From Phoronis australis (Eukaryota; Animalia; Phoronida), in NCBI GenBank assembly GCA_002633005.1, contig NMRA01000192.1:1-64000 (forward strand): a stretch of 64,000 nt of DNA. The letters are read 5' to 3'. Position numbers and translations under genes: made by a program. This document shows positions 25,305 to 37,900 of this stretch, piece by piece. The notes below the pieces were generated by a model. That model worked only from the letters and a program-made list of their open reading frames with translations. It made no database searches and was not told where the DNA came from. Positions within the stretch are counted from its first letter, which is position 1. The number at the start of each line of letters is the position of its first letter.

Positions 25305-26090
25305 TTACAGCAGGTGCTGGAAATGTCTCCCATCAGCATGTAAGCACACCTCGATGGGCCTTTCCAAATCGAAAAACACGCTTTCCAGAGTGTTAGCATT
25401 TATGCGAAGCCACACCTTTTCCTTAGCTGCCACTTCTAGGTTGTTCTAAGGTGAGGGGTTGTGTCTAATAGCTTTTCACTTTTATTGTAGCCAATGAAAA
25501 GTCAATAGACCTTGGTGGTCACAGGCTTTTTAAGATGACCCTGTTGCCAAAGATTCGACCAATCTCGCACACTTGTAGTAGATGAGTGACAGGAACCCCT
25601 AATAACTGCTACAAACCATTAGTAAATTTTTGGAGTATTTCCATGTAAACGTGCCAGTTGACAGCTTATTAAAATCGTGACAAGCCGCACCAGACTCCAA
25701 TTTTTGCAAATGCAAAAGACTTTCACGAAAAACACGAGGATATTCTGTTGCCCATACAGGCGTGTTTTGACAGTTTACGTATAAGTTTAGGTGAAACCAG
25801 GCTTCGTTCGTATATCAAGTAAGGTTCAAAATTCCAGGATACCGAGTAAAAAATCCCTGAACCTCAAACAAAAAACGAACTCTGTTATCATGATTTCAAA
25901 CACGACACGTCTTTTAGGCAGCCTTTTAATACGTTGGTTAAGGCTGGTCAAATTTTTGCGCAAGCCTTCAAAGTACTTTGATGGTGACGCCAGTAGTCGA
26001 TGTTTCATATCACGCACCATCTCTTCGCTAATCTTTTTTCCACCTCCATGATTTGGCTAAACATTTCCTTTGGACTCTACTTTCTTCACC
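25305..26090 (-). pseudogene. Decayed Tc1/mariner-superfamily transposase (rosa/maT-like)
   Basis: Frameshifted motifs NEAWFHL, YVNCQNT, WATEYP..F.ES.LH.Q, IGVWCGLS, FGNRVI.K.L*PPRS.D, and a C-terminal CLHADGRHFQHLL* (stop at 25305-07). Confidence 0.8.
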
Positions 26091-27054
26091 ATTTCCTGTA
26101 AAGAAGAATTTGTGCACGTTATCTTCAGAACTGACGTCTAAAGGCAGACAGACAAAGGGGTCATTTTAGAAAAACGTGGGTATGGGTGAATAGACCCACT
26201 CGGCCTCAAGTTTAGAGACCAATTTGGAGGACCTATGTGTCATGTTAATTTTTGTTTTATTTTCGCATTCAGTAGGCCGTAGGCCCGGGTTAAGCAATCA
26301 CAGTGCGTCAATGCCGCGGGGCGCGCTCCTTAAATTATCCCTGCTGACATTTTTTAAAAGAACCTGTCTACCACCCTGATAAGCAGCGATGAACAATCTT
26401 TTCGCAACGCGTGCCATAGCGTTTGTTCGAATAGAATTGGTCAGGTTTACGTAGTTTCGAGTCTTTAGCAGAAAAAAATATAAGCAAAAGTTTGGGGCAT
26501 GCTTCAAGAAAATCACCTTGGTCTAAATCAAAAGTTTTTTCGCTAATGGAACGTCGCTCAAACGCAAACCATGTTTCAGAACCTTTTCAAATGTTCAACG
26601 TTTTCACGAGGGCTATCAGAAAGGACTTCCATGATTTTTATGAAAAACTTCAAAAGTTGCTTAAAACGAAAACGAAATGATAATTAAGAAGATTCTAATA
26701 GCGTTTTCAAGATTTCATCCTGAACATATACTGGAAACCGAACGAAATGAGTCATGTTAATGATGACGTCATTTTGCTCTCAATGTATGTTACTTTTTGC
26801 TAAAGTTTGCGAATGCAGATCTAATTAGGTTGCAAACTTCAACCTGGAATAAATCCAATTAACAAACTTAAGGCAAATCTTCTTATTGGAGCTGTCAATC
26901 AACCCCACTCGGTCTCATCATTTGTCGTTCATAATTACTCGTCGTATTAAAAACAAAGAAAGGGCTCCACCTTGAAACACGAACCAAAAAATGGTCTGAT
27001 GTATAAGGAGTTAAAACGACATTGGCGACGAGAGTAGGGATTTTGTAAAATTAG

Positions 27055-27127
27055 ACTCGTGTGGAACCGAACCTGGAACCTTCGGGGGCGCAGCCTAACG
27101 GTCTACTGGCAGAGCTATACCGACGTC
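27055..27127 (-). mobile_element. Degenerate tRNA-derived SINE-head-like sequence
   Basis: GTCGGTATAGCTC...GGTTCGGTTCC gives A-box and B-box-like motifs at tRNA spacing. No intact cloverleaf. Confidence 0.35.
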
Positions 27128-29096
27128 TAGAATTTAACCCCAACATGTGGGGAGTTAAAATTATTATTCTTTGTCCAAACAGTACACTTGTTCGAGAAGT
27201 TTATGATGAATAACATGTTAGTGACCTCGAAACATAAAATTATAATAAATTGTATATTGCTACTGATAGATCCTTAATGTTCAGGATCTCCTTGTGAAAC
27301 ATGTCTTGGTAGTCTCACCTCTATAAGTTTAATTTCAAAATCTGTCAACACGTTTTTGCATTAGTGACATGAAAAAGTAATCCAATAAATCAACCGCTTA
27401 AACAATTTCAAATAAAACAAAAAGAATACAAAAAGCAAAACGTAGATCTGAAACGCTGTTGTCAAACATCAATTCAAACAAAAGAACAAGTGGGAACTTT
27501 TGTAAGATAGCAAACATAAATTACTTTCACTGGGACTGTTGAATTAATTTTAAGAATTGTCATTCATGTGATATTTCGCTGTTACATTCGTTGAGAAGAC
27601 TTTTCGTATTGATTTAGGAGTGTCTCCATACAATGATAATTTTATAGTGCATCCTTTGCAGTCACCTTGGCAGGGTTCCAGTCACAGATTAATATTGACA
27701 CAGGATAGGAGCGTCCCCTTTGCCGTACTCAGATCTTGTATAAAGCGTCGAAATCTCATTGGCAAGGCTCCAATGAAAGATCAATTTTACGTAATTGACG
27801 GTCAACGGATTTTGTGAGAGCCAAGTGACCTTTCACGCGATAAATGACATCGCCCACGTCATTTGTAGCAACATATACTTATCATTAGCTTTGCGAACCA
27901 GGGATGGTGGAAATTGTTTAAAAACACTAGTCACGCGGTGGCCCAGGGGTAGTTTTGTTGTGCGGTATTCACCTTGCTGCGGTGGAAAATCTATTAATGA
28001 ATAATGGATCAGGAATTATTAGTAATACATCATGTACTCTCGTCAACGGATGACATTCAACGGGACGTCGTCGCCACACTTATCTCTTCTCATTTCGGTT
28101 GGAAATAATCACGGTTGGGTACCAAGCCGCCGGGGTGTACCAGTCGAACCTCGCTTTTATTTTGGGCCACGTCGTATAATTTATGTGACAGGCTCGATTA
28201 GCTCCTCTCTCTTGACACCACTGTGTAAAATCTTACTACCATGTGGATGAATGCATTTCTCTTCTCCGGCCCAACTTATTTGAAAAGAATTGAGGTAAAA
28301 TGCGCAAATCCCCTACTTCAATTGACTAAGCAAGACACCCTTTTCCAGCCATTGAATTATATTATCACTGGTCATCTTTACTACAAAAAGGTCAATTTCT
28401 TCACCAACAAGAATCAGATCGTTGATCACACCCTCCAGGGAGGTGTTTATTGTCATTTTTAAAGCTTGCTGGTACGCGGCGCCGTCGACGTTCTGCTTGT
28501 TTGACTTTTTTATTTCCCGTCCAAAAGAGGGCTAGATAGAATCTTCACAGCGACAAAACGAGTGTTAATGGATTCGTCACCATTCACCGAGGCGCGATAG
28601 TAGCAAAGAAATCACAAATTTTGCTTCTTTAATGTGGTATAGAAACCTCAATTATTTGATCGCTTGATTGCCTTCCGGCAAACCTTTTATGCGCGTGATA
28701 TAACACAAAATCACAATTGAACAGGTTCTTGGCGTTTTTTACGGTGTTGTCACTACCGTCCTTTCCCTCAGAAATGAGGACAGGTTTTTGTTAAGAATTT
28801 CGCAAATCCACCTACCGGAAAGTTAAATAATTGCCTTTCTCTTCATCGCGCAGTGGGGTTCCCCTTTTTTTGCTTTGAATAACGCACCGTTCACCAAGAC
28901 ACAATTACAAGTGATGATTTTTTTTCTTCGAGCCATGTGTTTTCTGTAACACAATAAAACACAGAAACTTAGAAAGATTACATGCACACTGTACCTACAA
29001 AACGTGGTTGAAAATAAGCACTGTGCCTTTATAACAGAAGTTTTGATGGCCTCGGGCAATCTCGGAGAACCTCCATAGGATTATTGTCTAAGATAT

Positions 29097-29250
29097 CAGG
29101 GTAGAGTTCATTAATGCTCGGACCGCCCCAAAAAGTAAGACTGAGATTACGTGAGATATTGACGTGTATTGTAAATGAGAGCACGTGATTTTGGCTAGAT
29201 ATTAGCGAGGTCCCAGCGTAGGTCCTAGCGCATTACTGAACTCTATCCTG
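29097..29250. mobile_element. MITE family C, copy 2
   Basis: TIRs CAGGGTAGAGTTCATTAATGC / GCATTACTGAACTCTATCCTG. Core homologous to 23063-23163. Confidence 0.75.
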
Positions 29251-30294
29251 ATTGGTCTATTAGCCGGAAGTCATCACCAAGAAACAATCAGATGTCGTAG
29301 CCGGTTGTCTTGGCGACACCCGCGGAGACATGGTCTGCACTCAATGGCAAAGGAAGTGGCACTTTATTGTTTTGTTTTAAATTTTGCTATTTTACTCTAT
29401 TGCGTACAGAAGTAATGAAAAATGTTGGTAAATATCAGGCTGAAACAAGTTTGAATTTTGCAAAGTATTTGTTATTAGCAGATGAGAAGAGGCGATGCAA
29501 ATGTGTGTGCTTTTGTATTGTAAAGTAAAGTTTATTTGGATAATGGTAATAACTTTAAATTTCATTTTTGTTGAAGAAAACTTTTTACGGATCATCTATT
29601 TACAAACGACAATGATAAGGCTCAGTGAAACTTGAGGCATCTTGCGAGAAATAACAACTAAAACAGAATCGAGAAATTTGCTACCAAGTGAAGAAATTGA
29701 ATTTTTTCTTCCTATGATGTCCACTTTCAGAGGTCCAGTGTTTTGAACTCACAGTGATCACGTGATGTTTGGCAAGTGGCACCAACGCCGTATCTTACTC
29801 AGTGGCCAAACTAACCTCGGTCACCCCTACTTCATCATCATGGTTATCTACAGGTCTCTTTTTACAGCAGTTGCAGACTGTGCATCTTCTTGGGTAGCAC
29901 CAGTGCTGAAGTGGGACGTGGGCGCACGAAGGCGCAGCCAACCACCTTTTGGCATTTGAACGTGGCGCTTAAGCACCGTGAGTTACGTTCAGTGCTCATG
30001 GTGACACGGTTGGCTTTGGGCGCCTACTTACCGCTAATTTTATCACTACAGAACTGGGTAGTACATTGTATTTCTATAAGATATCCTAGTTTTACACTGA
30101 CACGGCTACAGCTGCGACTTTTTTTCGGAAACACGTCGAGTAAACGAAATCAGTAAGAGTTGCTCAGGCCAACGGGACTAACATTGAACACTACGGGCGG
30201 AATTTGCCTCACACTGCGAAGTGTGTCAGTTGTTCCCAAAATAAGTTTGCCAGGGGTTGCAGAAAGAAACACTGATGATATAATCTGAGGAAAC

Positions 30295-30420
30295 TGTGAA
30301 CAGGCTGTACTTCGGGAGCAAGTTTTCGGTTATACAGAATTTGTTAAATGCACGACACTTTTCATTGTTCACAGTCTTTATTCCGTTACGTTCGCACTTT
30401 CGGAACAAAACTCTACTCTC
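30295..30420 (-). mobile_element. Possible N-terminal fragment of a Penelope-like element ORF
   Basis: RKCER..IK......AFNKFCITENLLPKYS resembles the N-terminal motif of PLE ORFs. The fragment is short and isolated. Confidence 0.35.
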
Positions 30421-33225
30421 AACTGAACATAGATACAGTGTCTGTATCTAAACTGTGAACAGGAAAAGAACATTACACACGGATAAATTTGACTATGATT
30501 TCGACCAGAGCCGGCCAGTTGCCTTCAAATAAGTGGCTGGGAAATTGTTTTCAAACAACGTTGGTAGTTGTCTTGCAACTAGCGGACGTGGCAATCATAT
30601 GATCTCCGAAAAATACTCATGGCGCTCACTTTTATGGGACTGGTGCGTCTTAAAATAAGGCTTTTTCCTCACCCTACCCGAAACGTTCACGAACGAGGGG
30701 GTGATGGTTTCAACGGAATTTAGACGCAAGATTGCGCGTCCGTGTTCTGTGTGGAATGTCGTCTTTATCAGAAAATGTAACGAAATCATCTTCAAACATA
30801 CATACCCACTCGGCATGTCAAGTTTCGTCTAATTCGTGAGTAAATATGTACATTGAATCCGTTCAAACAAAACATGTCAAATAAGTTTTGCTGCATCCCC
30901 CTCGAGTAGTTGGCGTCAAAAGAAGATAAACCACAAACTTAAGACTCGACTACTTCGTAAGCGACCAAAATCTTTCTTATTTTCTAACTATTGTTTGGTT
31001 GGTGAGTCTCAGCACTTTCAAACGCGATGAAAACTTTAACGTGGAAGAAAAATTCCTAGCCACTGTTTGTGTAATTTCTTTCAGGTATTTGACATCCCAG
31101 TCAGAATAAATATTGAGATGGGCTGTAGGGAACTCAGCTTCAAGTTTGCTTTTTAAAATTTTGCCTCCAGCGACTGAATTTTACAAAAACAAACCCTGAG
31201 ATGTGTGTATAGGGAACTAAATTGAATCGAATTCTGGTCTTCCAATAGTAAGGATGTTACATCAAGTTTCAACACTTAGAACATTATACTTCGTTTATCC
31301 TTGTCATGAAATTTACGTTACAGCGCGTTTACAGTCTATATGCTTACTTTGTGGGTGAAACTTCGCGTTATCCGAGATCTGTTTAACAAAGGGCCTCTTT
31401 AAACAACTCAGGAGTCAAATTTAATGAATTTTCACGCCTTACGAAATTGTAGAGCGGTTTCAGCTAACATGTAATTTCTCGATTTACCAGCCTGCTACCT
31501 CAAAGCGGGTAGACCGAGGCGGCGACGCTCCAGAGAATACATTGTTAGCAGATTGTTATAAGCCACACAAGTCATAAAACGTAAACCAAGAAACGACCAC
31601 GATTTTGTGAAATCCCAGCTAACATGAATTCAATTGACTACGAAAAGTAACATGTATACATCCTACTCAGCTGTATGCGGTCCTGGACCTTAATCCGCAG
31701 TAGTTGTTGGATTAAGGTTAATCGGGATGCTAATCTATAAGAAGTGTAATATTTTAAATTGCAACCTGATTGTCACAATTTTTCACACACTCCACTTGTT
31801 GCCACAAAATTTCGAGCTTCCTCCGGACGCCATAACTTTCTCCGGTTGTCACAAGGCGGGACCCTTATATATGCGGGGGCTTAATCTCTAGCTTAGTGAG
31901 TTAGGTTATGAATGAAACCCGCACCGATGGCTATGTTCGGTTAGTCAACGTAGAAACAGGAAGGTAACAAAAGAACGACTGCTTTTACCACGAACGAACG
32001 AAGCAATTTCGTTTTTCTGATCTTGTACAGTATCATCAACGTACATTGGTACTTGATGCGCATAAATTCAATTTGTTTTCCAAAAATTTCAATTTATGAT
32101 TTTGCGTGACATCAAGTAACTTCGTTTTGTGAATCCAACTAAAGGAGGCCGCCGAGGTTAAAGACAGGCAAAGTAAATGTCGAGCACAGTGCAATAAGTT
32201 TACAAAATTTTAATTTTAGCAACTGAGTCATTATTTTTATGTGGTGTGGTTACGTGAACAGTGCGAATCACGAGCCAAGCAGTGTGCGATATCTGCCGCC
32301 AGGAGTCTCTATTGTAGTGTGATTCCTTGCAGGTACTGTAAACTTCGCAGTCTGATGTTCGAGCCATGATGTAATTATGATTTTTGATATATGAGCCATT
32401 GAATTGTGAATTCATGCAATTTCGAAAAAATACGGAGTTCGTAAAACTAAAAGACATAATCGACGCCAGGAGTCAAGAATTTCAGACATGCATTTGTGGA
32501 AAACTGAAATGACGCGGTAATTGGTTATACCTGTTGACACGTATTTTTTAAAATTCTGTTCAACTGCTCATGTTGTGTCAAACTGACGAGTTCGTTGCAG
32601 GTGGAGAAATGAACTTTTGAAAGTTGTTTTTGATCCAGGCAAACTCGGCTTTATAAGTTTTGCAATTAGACCCTATTTACACAAGTTCACGAAATCACGT
32701 GGGACAACTTGGAAAATAGGCAGAGCTCAGGGCTAATAAATACGACGTGTGAATTTATTGTTCAAACACCACCAGAGGGTGGGAATCAACGCTCACCACG
32801 GGTGTGCATCCCAATTACATGCCTCAAAAACCTTCACCACGCACAAAAACGCTTTACCACGGAACCTGAACTCCAACTGCTCCGAAGGAATACGAAGGAA
32901 TTGAGTTGCAACTGACTCTGGTCACTTGCACTAAAATTAGCCACAGTGTGTGACCCATTTTCTATGTGTTGATTTTTGGTTATCTGCTCTAAAATTGTCC
33001 GTAATGAAGTTGTCTTGGTGTTGTCGGAGTTCAGGTTGCTTGGCAAGAGTTTTTGTGCATGGTAAATTTTTGCTGTATGTGGTAATAGCAAGACTTGATT
33101 CTCACGCCCCCTGTGTATCCGATCATTCGGGTCACCACCAGCCGGGAGTAATTCAGTCGGACTAAAAATAGCGTCTCCATGGACTAGCCTATGAAGCCAT
33201 CTTCCGTCACAAAACCAACTTTTTA

Positions 33226-33465
33226 TTTGGACCACTTTCCGTTTTGGAATTGGTCTCAAATTGTTATTAATATGATTTGCAGGCTTCGAAAGAAGTGACG
33301 GTTCGTCTTTGCTTGAGAACAGGTCCTACAAGTTGGCTTTTCTCGGCGGCTGACCACATTCTCAATGAGTAACGAACTATCAGTCTTGTGTAAGTCCAAA
33401 AAACACTTCTTTTAATCTCCGTAAGAAATAATAGGTTTAATTTTATAGCGGTAAGTGGTCTAAAT
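33226..33465. mobile_element. MITE family A, copy 2
   Basis: Runs TTTGGACCACT...AATTGGTCTCAAATT to GTAAGTGGTCTAAAT. Confidence 0.6.
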
Positions 33466-33941
33466 ATATTTTTTCTTTATTTTACTCAACGCGGGTTTGT
33501 AGTGCATTAAAATAAATACAAAGCTACGTGTTCATCAAGAAGGAAAATTTGAATCGCTGTACATTCCAACAACTCTAGTACCAATATCCTATGTATTATT
33601 TGCTTTCGTTATTTATAAAAGACACCGACAAAATCGCTACAAGATGGATTGGCCGATTCGAGCAATCCTATGCTCGGACCCGGGCGTGTGACATCAAATA
33701 AAACACCGTTATCTGAGACGACATGTGTAAACAATGTCCATAAAAAACTTGTCATATTTGAGGGCGTCATAAACACTACAGAACATAACTCATCGCGAAT
33801 GAAATCACATACCTACATTGGGGGTCGGGTGAATAGTTAAGCCGCGCAGCGCATTCTACTTTGAAGTGTGTATGTGCGATCAGGTGTAATGCCCCTAACA
33901 CAACAGGTCGCGGATAACCTTTTCTCAATGGGACGGCGGTC

Positions 33942-33976
33942 TATAAATACCCAGCAATAGACTTACTGAATTAGTC
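33942..33976 (+). promoter_or_regulatory. Putative TATA box and initiator of the bHLH gene
   Basis: TATAAA at 33942-47 and Inr-like TTAGTC at 33971-76 (the A is 31 nt from the TATA start). E-box CAGGTG at 33881. About 400 nt upstream of the ATG. Confidence 0.6.
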
Positions 33977-34369
33977 CGCTGTTTGCTACCTGTCGTATAA
34001 GTACCGTCGAGGGGATAAAACGCTAAAGGGATCTTCGTTACCTCTCATCTGCACTCTAAAAGTTGGCCCGGCTTGGAGATTTTAATATTTTCACTTCTTC
34101 AGTTGGAGGAAGAATTAATGTCAAATGTCAAATCCTCGAGACAGTGACGTGATAAAAGGCAGGTTACTTTGCTACTGTTGATGTCTAGATATTTTGCACT
34201 TCGCTGATTTGTTTACATTCCGAAAAGGAGGACAAGAAACAAATGAATGCATAGTGGATACTGAAGGAAGAGAGACGAAAACTGGACATTTCTCAAGGAC
34301 TCCGGTGCAAATATGTAGAAAAGGTGATCGTCCATTGGCAGAAAATCTGTATCAAGTAAGCGATAAACT

Positions 34370-34984
34370 ATGTCAGATTCAGAGTCCAGCAGCATGGAAG
34401 TTGAAACAAGTGTTCCAACGAAAAATGAGAAAGCGGACTGTGGCGTTTCTTTGAGAGCGCGCAATGAGAACGGAAGTGTGAAATATAATTTGAGAGACAG
34501 TTCCATCATCACAAGGATACAAAGTGAGAGACGAAGAACTGTTCCAAAACAGCCTAAACCGAAATCTAAACCACCCCCGCTGAGCAAGTATAGGCGGAAA
34601 TCGGCGAACGCTCGCGAAAGAGACCGAATGAAGATGATGAACGATGCGTTTGAAGAACTCAAAAAAGTTGTTCCCGATTACACGAGCGTGTGTAAAACTG
34701 GAAAAGTGACAAAAATGACTACACTCAGGTTGGCTGTGAATTATATCGCGGCTTTAAGGGCAGTTCTGGGATATGAAGATGAGCAGTCGTTGCCACCGAA
34801 TGATTTGGATTCTGTAGGCGATTCAGGGAGCTCCGAAGGGGGGTCAGAAGCGGAAAGCTGTCGAAGCCCTAGCTCAGACACTCTGGATTTTAGTTTGAGT
34901 GAGCACGACTTATCAGACATTGGAAACGGGTTTAATTTTAGTGACTTAGACTTAAAAAATGATTTTGATGATATAGTCGACTAA
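34370..34984 (+). CDS. dei: Delilah/taxi-family (atonal-related group A) bHLH transcription factor, single coding exon, 204 aa
   Basis: [36 protein letters not shown]...[22 protein letters not shown] carries the Delilah-type basic region (SKYRRKxANARERxRM) and helix 2 (TKxTTLRLA). An in-frame TAA lies two codons upstream of the ATG. The tail is acidic and Ser-rich. Confidence 0.9.
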   Translation: MSDSESSSMEVETSVPTKNEKADCGVSLRARNENGSVKYNLRDSSIITRIQSERRRTVPKQPKPKSKPPPLSKYRRKSANARERDRMKMMNDAFEELKKVVPDYTSVCKTGKVTKMTTLRLAVNYIAALRAVLGYEDEQSLPPNDLDSVGDSGSSEGGSEAESCRSPSSDTLDFSLSEHDLSDIGNGFNFSDLDLKNDFDDIVD

Positions 34985-37900
34985 CAGGCCTTTCTGATCA
35001 GAGATTCGTAGTCATGTGGCTGGATATTTAGATTGGACCAGTATTACCAATGTGCTGATGTTTAAGTGAGATTTTATTCTTATTTTTACTTTTAATATTC
35101 TATTTTTGTAATTTTGACATGATGTACCAACTGAAGCCAAAATACATTTTAAACTGCAGCAATGAACGCCGAATTAATTTTGGGTGAGCTTAACAAAAAT
35201 TGTTTAGGGTATTACTCATGTTATCTTAAGAAGTATCAAAATCGTCATAATTTACATGGATCTTCTGTGAACAAAGCTGAAGCACTTTTACATGTCAAGC
35301 ACTTTAAACATAAGCATATAATTTTATGGATGTTTTACATTTTTATGAAAGCTACTTAGCTACGTGGTCTCATCGTAGTGTCGTGTGTGTCAACAAAGAT
35401 GTGATGTATAAAATCATAAACCCTAACACAACAATAGATACATCCGTCTCTGCCAAACCATTATAATAGAAATGATAAACCATGTGACTCGTAATAATAC
35501 ATTGGAAACTTATTGATGTCGCAACAAAGTTGACAGACGGGCCGTGCGTTAGGCTGAATAACTTATTAGCATTGCTTGACCTGAAATGAAATTCATGCGA
35601 ATCGACAAGAAATTCGAGACCTCGCCAAAGCAAGTCGGTACGAAAAGCTGTGTAATATAGCAAATGAAATTCAATTCAATACGTGACTGATTCTTTGCAT
35701 TACAATGATTACAATGACCGAATAATAATTGAAAGAGTTCCGATTGATTCTTGGATTAGTAGGACCGTGCCATATCAATGACAGACCCCATTCACACATG
35801 TACAAAACAGAAAAGCACAGATATAATATCCACTTGTCGACAATTCCATTCTTAGGGGATGAAGTGCATTTGGTATAGAATTTGGAGGTTCTGTGTGGAA
35901 GAACAATTCGTAGTTAGATGACGAAACGCGTAAGAAAATATCAATATTGTGATTGTGGTAAGCACCTGTAAATATTATTCCAAGAGCACTGAGGGGGTAT
36001 TTTACATTTAACGACTCACGTTCACCTATTGTTCGATCTCATTGTATTCGTAAATGGGACACATTTGGTTTGTAAACAGTGGCATTGTCCCGCCAACCGT
36101 GCATCTACTAGATAAGATGATCAAATGCGCAAAGTATAGTAGCGGAAAATTAAATTTAGAAATCTCTCAAGTTCATACACCAAATTGCACAATGCGAACG
36201 GAAATGGGCAGTGTAAACACGAGAGCGTCGATAGTATTTATGAATGGAACTTGTTCCCGAAGGCCCTATACACATAATTAGAAACCCGATTCCTCGTTGG
36301 TATAGATAACTCCGTTGTATCTTCCAGACGTCTGTATTGTACTTTCTATTCATGTCCTATAAAAACACAATAAAAAACGACAAGGCAATATCGTTGAAAA
36401 CAATCCAAGAACAGCACACAAGACAAGCTATAACGTGTTCATTCATACTCCAAAATTTCGCTCACAACTTAACGCATGATTCGCAATTCTAAGGTTCGCT
36501 TCGAACAACGCTTCTCTACTCTACATCCGACGTGACGTTATTCTTCACTAGAAAAGCAAAACTATTCTGATTCCGGAGCTATACTCATAGTGTCCTACCA
36601 TATATACATGGAAACGATTATAGTTATCTGGATGTAGGGTTCTTTTCTGGTTCTTCAAAGTCCAAGCACACTTCATTACCCGTGCTCTATTCTAGACGAT
36701 CCTACAACGAGAAGGTGCTAACTGTTATCACCGGAGATCAACGAACTCACTTGCACGGCATTTGTCAAAAATATTTTGACAACGCGAACAGCATTGAGTG
36801 CATTAAACAAGTTTTCACAGAGCGATATCTAGTTAATTCAAAGATGTTGAATTCTAAGCAGAAGCGCTTTGGGATTTTAAAAACTTTACCACGCTCATCC
36901 TATCCTGAATTGCTACTGCATACGTCAATAACTCAAGTCACAGGCAATACACGTTTGCCCCCATGTTCGAATTCGCAATTATAGGGCTGGCCAAACCCGA
37001 TGAGCTCTGAAGCGTTTTCTTGAGTCGCTAATGGTTTTGGTGCTCTTGTTGGTAACGGAAATCAATTTTACGAGCATAAATTATTTATTTCGTGTTTAGT
37101 TTTAACGACTAAATACCGAGGAAATACAATTTAAAAAAAAAAACGTTTGAGACAAATGTTTCTAATTGTTGAAGACAGAGAAACATTTCTATCATCAGTA
37201 TTATCAAAGTGCCGCCTTTTTGTCGAAACTTTTCTAATCTGTCGTAATCTCATGGAGTATAATGAACCCAGTTTTCCCACCGCTAGGATCACTCAAAATG
37301 CCACTGAATTGTATCGCAAATCATTTCACCCGATCATTATTCAACACTTGCGTACATTCCGGCGTTCATTCATCTCCTCTATTTACAATGAGTCCTTCGT
37401 TCATGTGTATCGGAGTTGTTCAATAGGTGAAAATAATGTCAGGTGTCGCGTGCCCTATTTTCAACAACGGATTGCATAATATAAACAAAACGCAGTGTTC
37501 CCATCCAGCTCGGATTTTCATCGTCAAACAGTGCACACTGTTACCAGTATTGATGTAACCGGTGCAGACCAGTGTGTCAACTGTATTTAACCGTCACGAT
37601 ACACGTCAGAAATACAACCTGGAGATCTAGAGTTATTCTTGTTAACAGTAGTTCGGAAGACCTCAACATGTTTTGAACATACAGTCCAGGATTTCCGTTT
37701 AGAGTAGCCTACCCCTTGCGAGTAACAGTATTTTAAGCTGATGCCATAAACCGTCGAACATCAATTTTCTTCAAAGGCGTATTGATATTTTGCTTTTCTA
37801 CATAGTGATCTTGGTTAGCATAAATGGTCAACAATGAGCTACCCCGACAGCCACACTGCCTTGGCGATTGAAACTAACCCGCCGTGTCTAACAACTGAAG

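Noticed and set aside
27055-27127. Functional tRNA gene
   Set aside because: Stems and boxes are degenerate. At most a SINE head.
34194-34662. Overlapping ORFs 34194-34454 (+) and 34213-34662 (-)
   Set aside because: Alternative-frame or antisense shadows of the bHLH gene with non-informative sequence.
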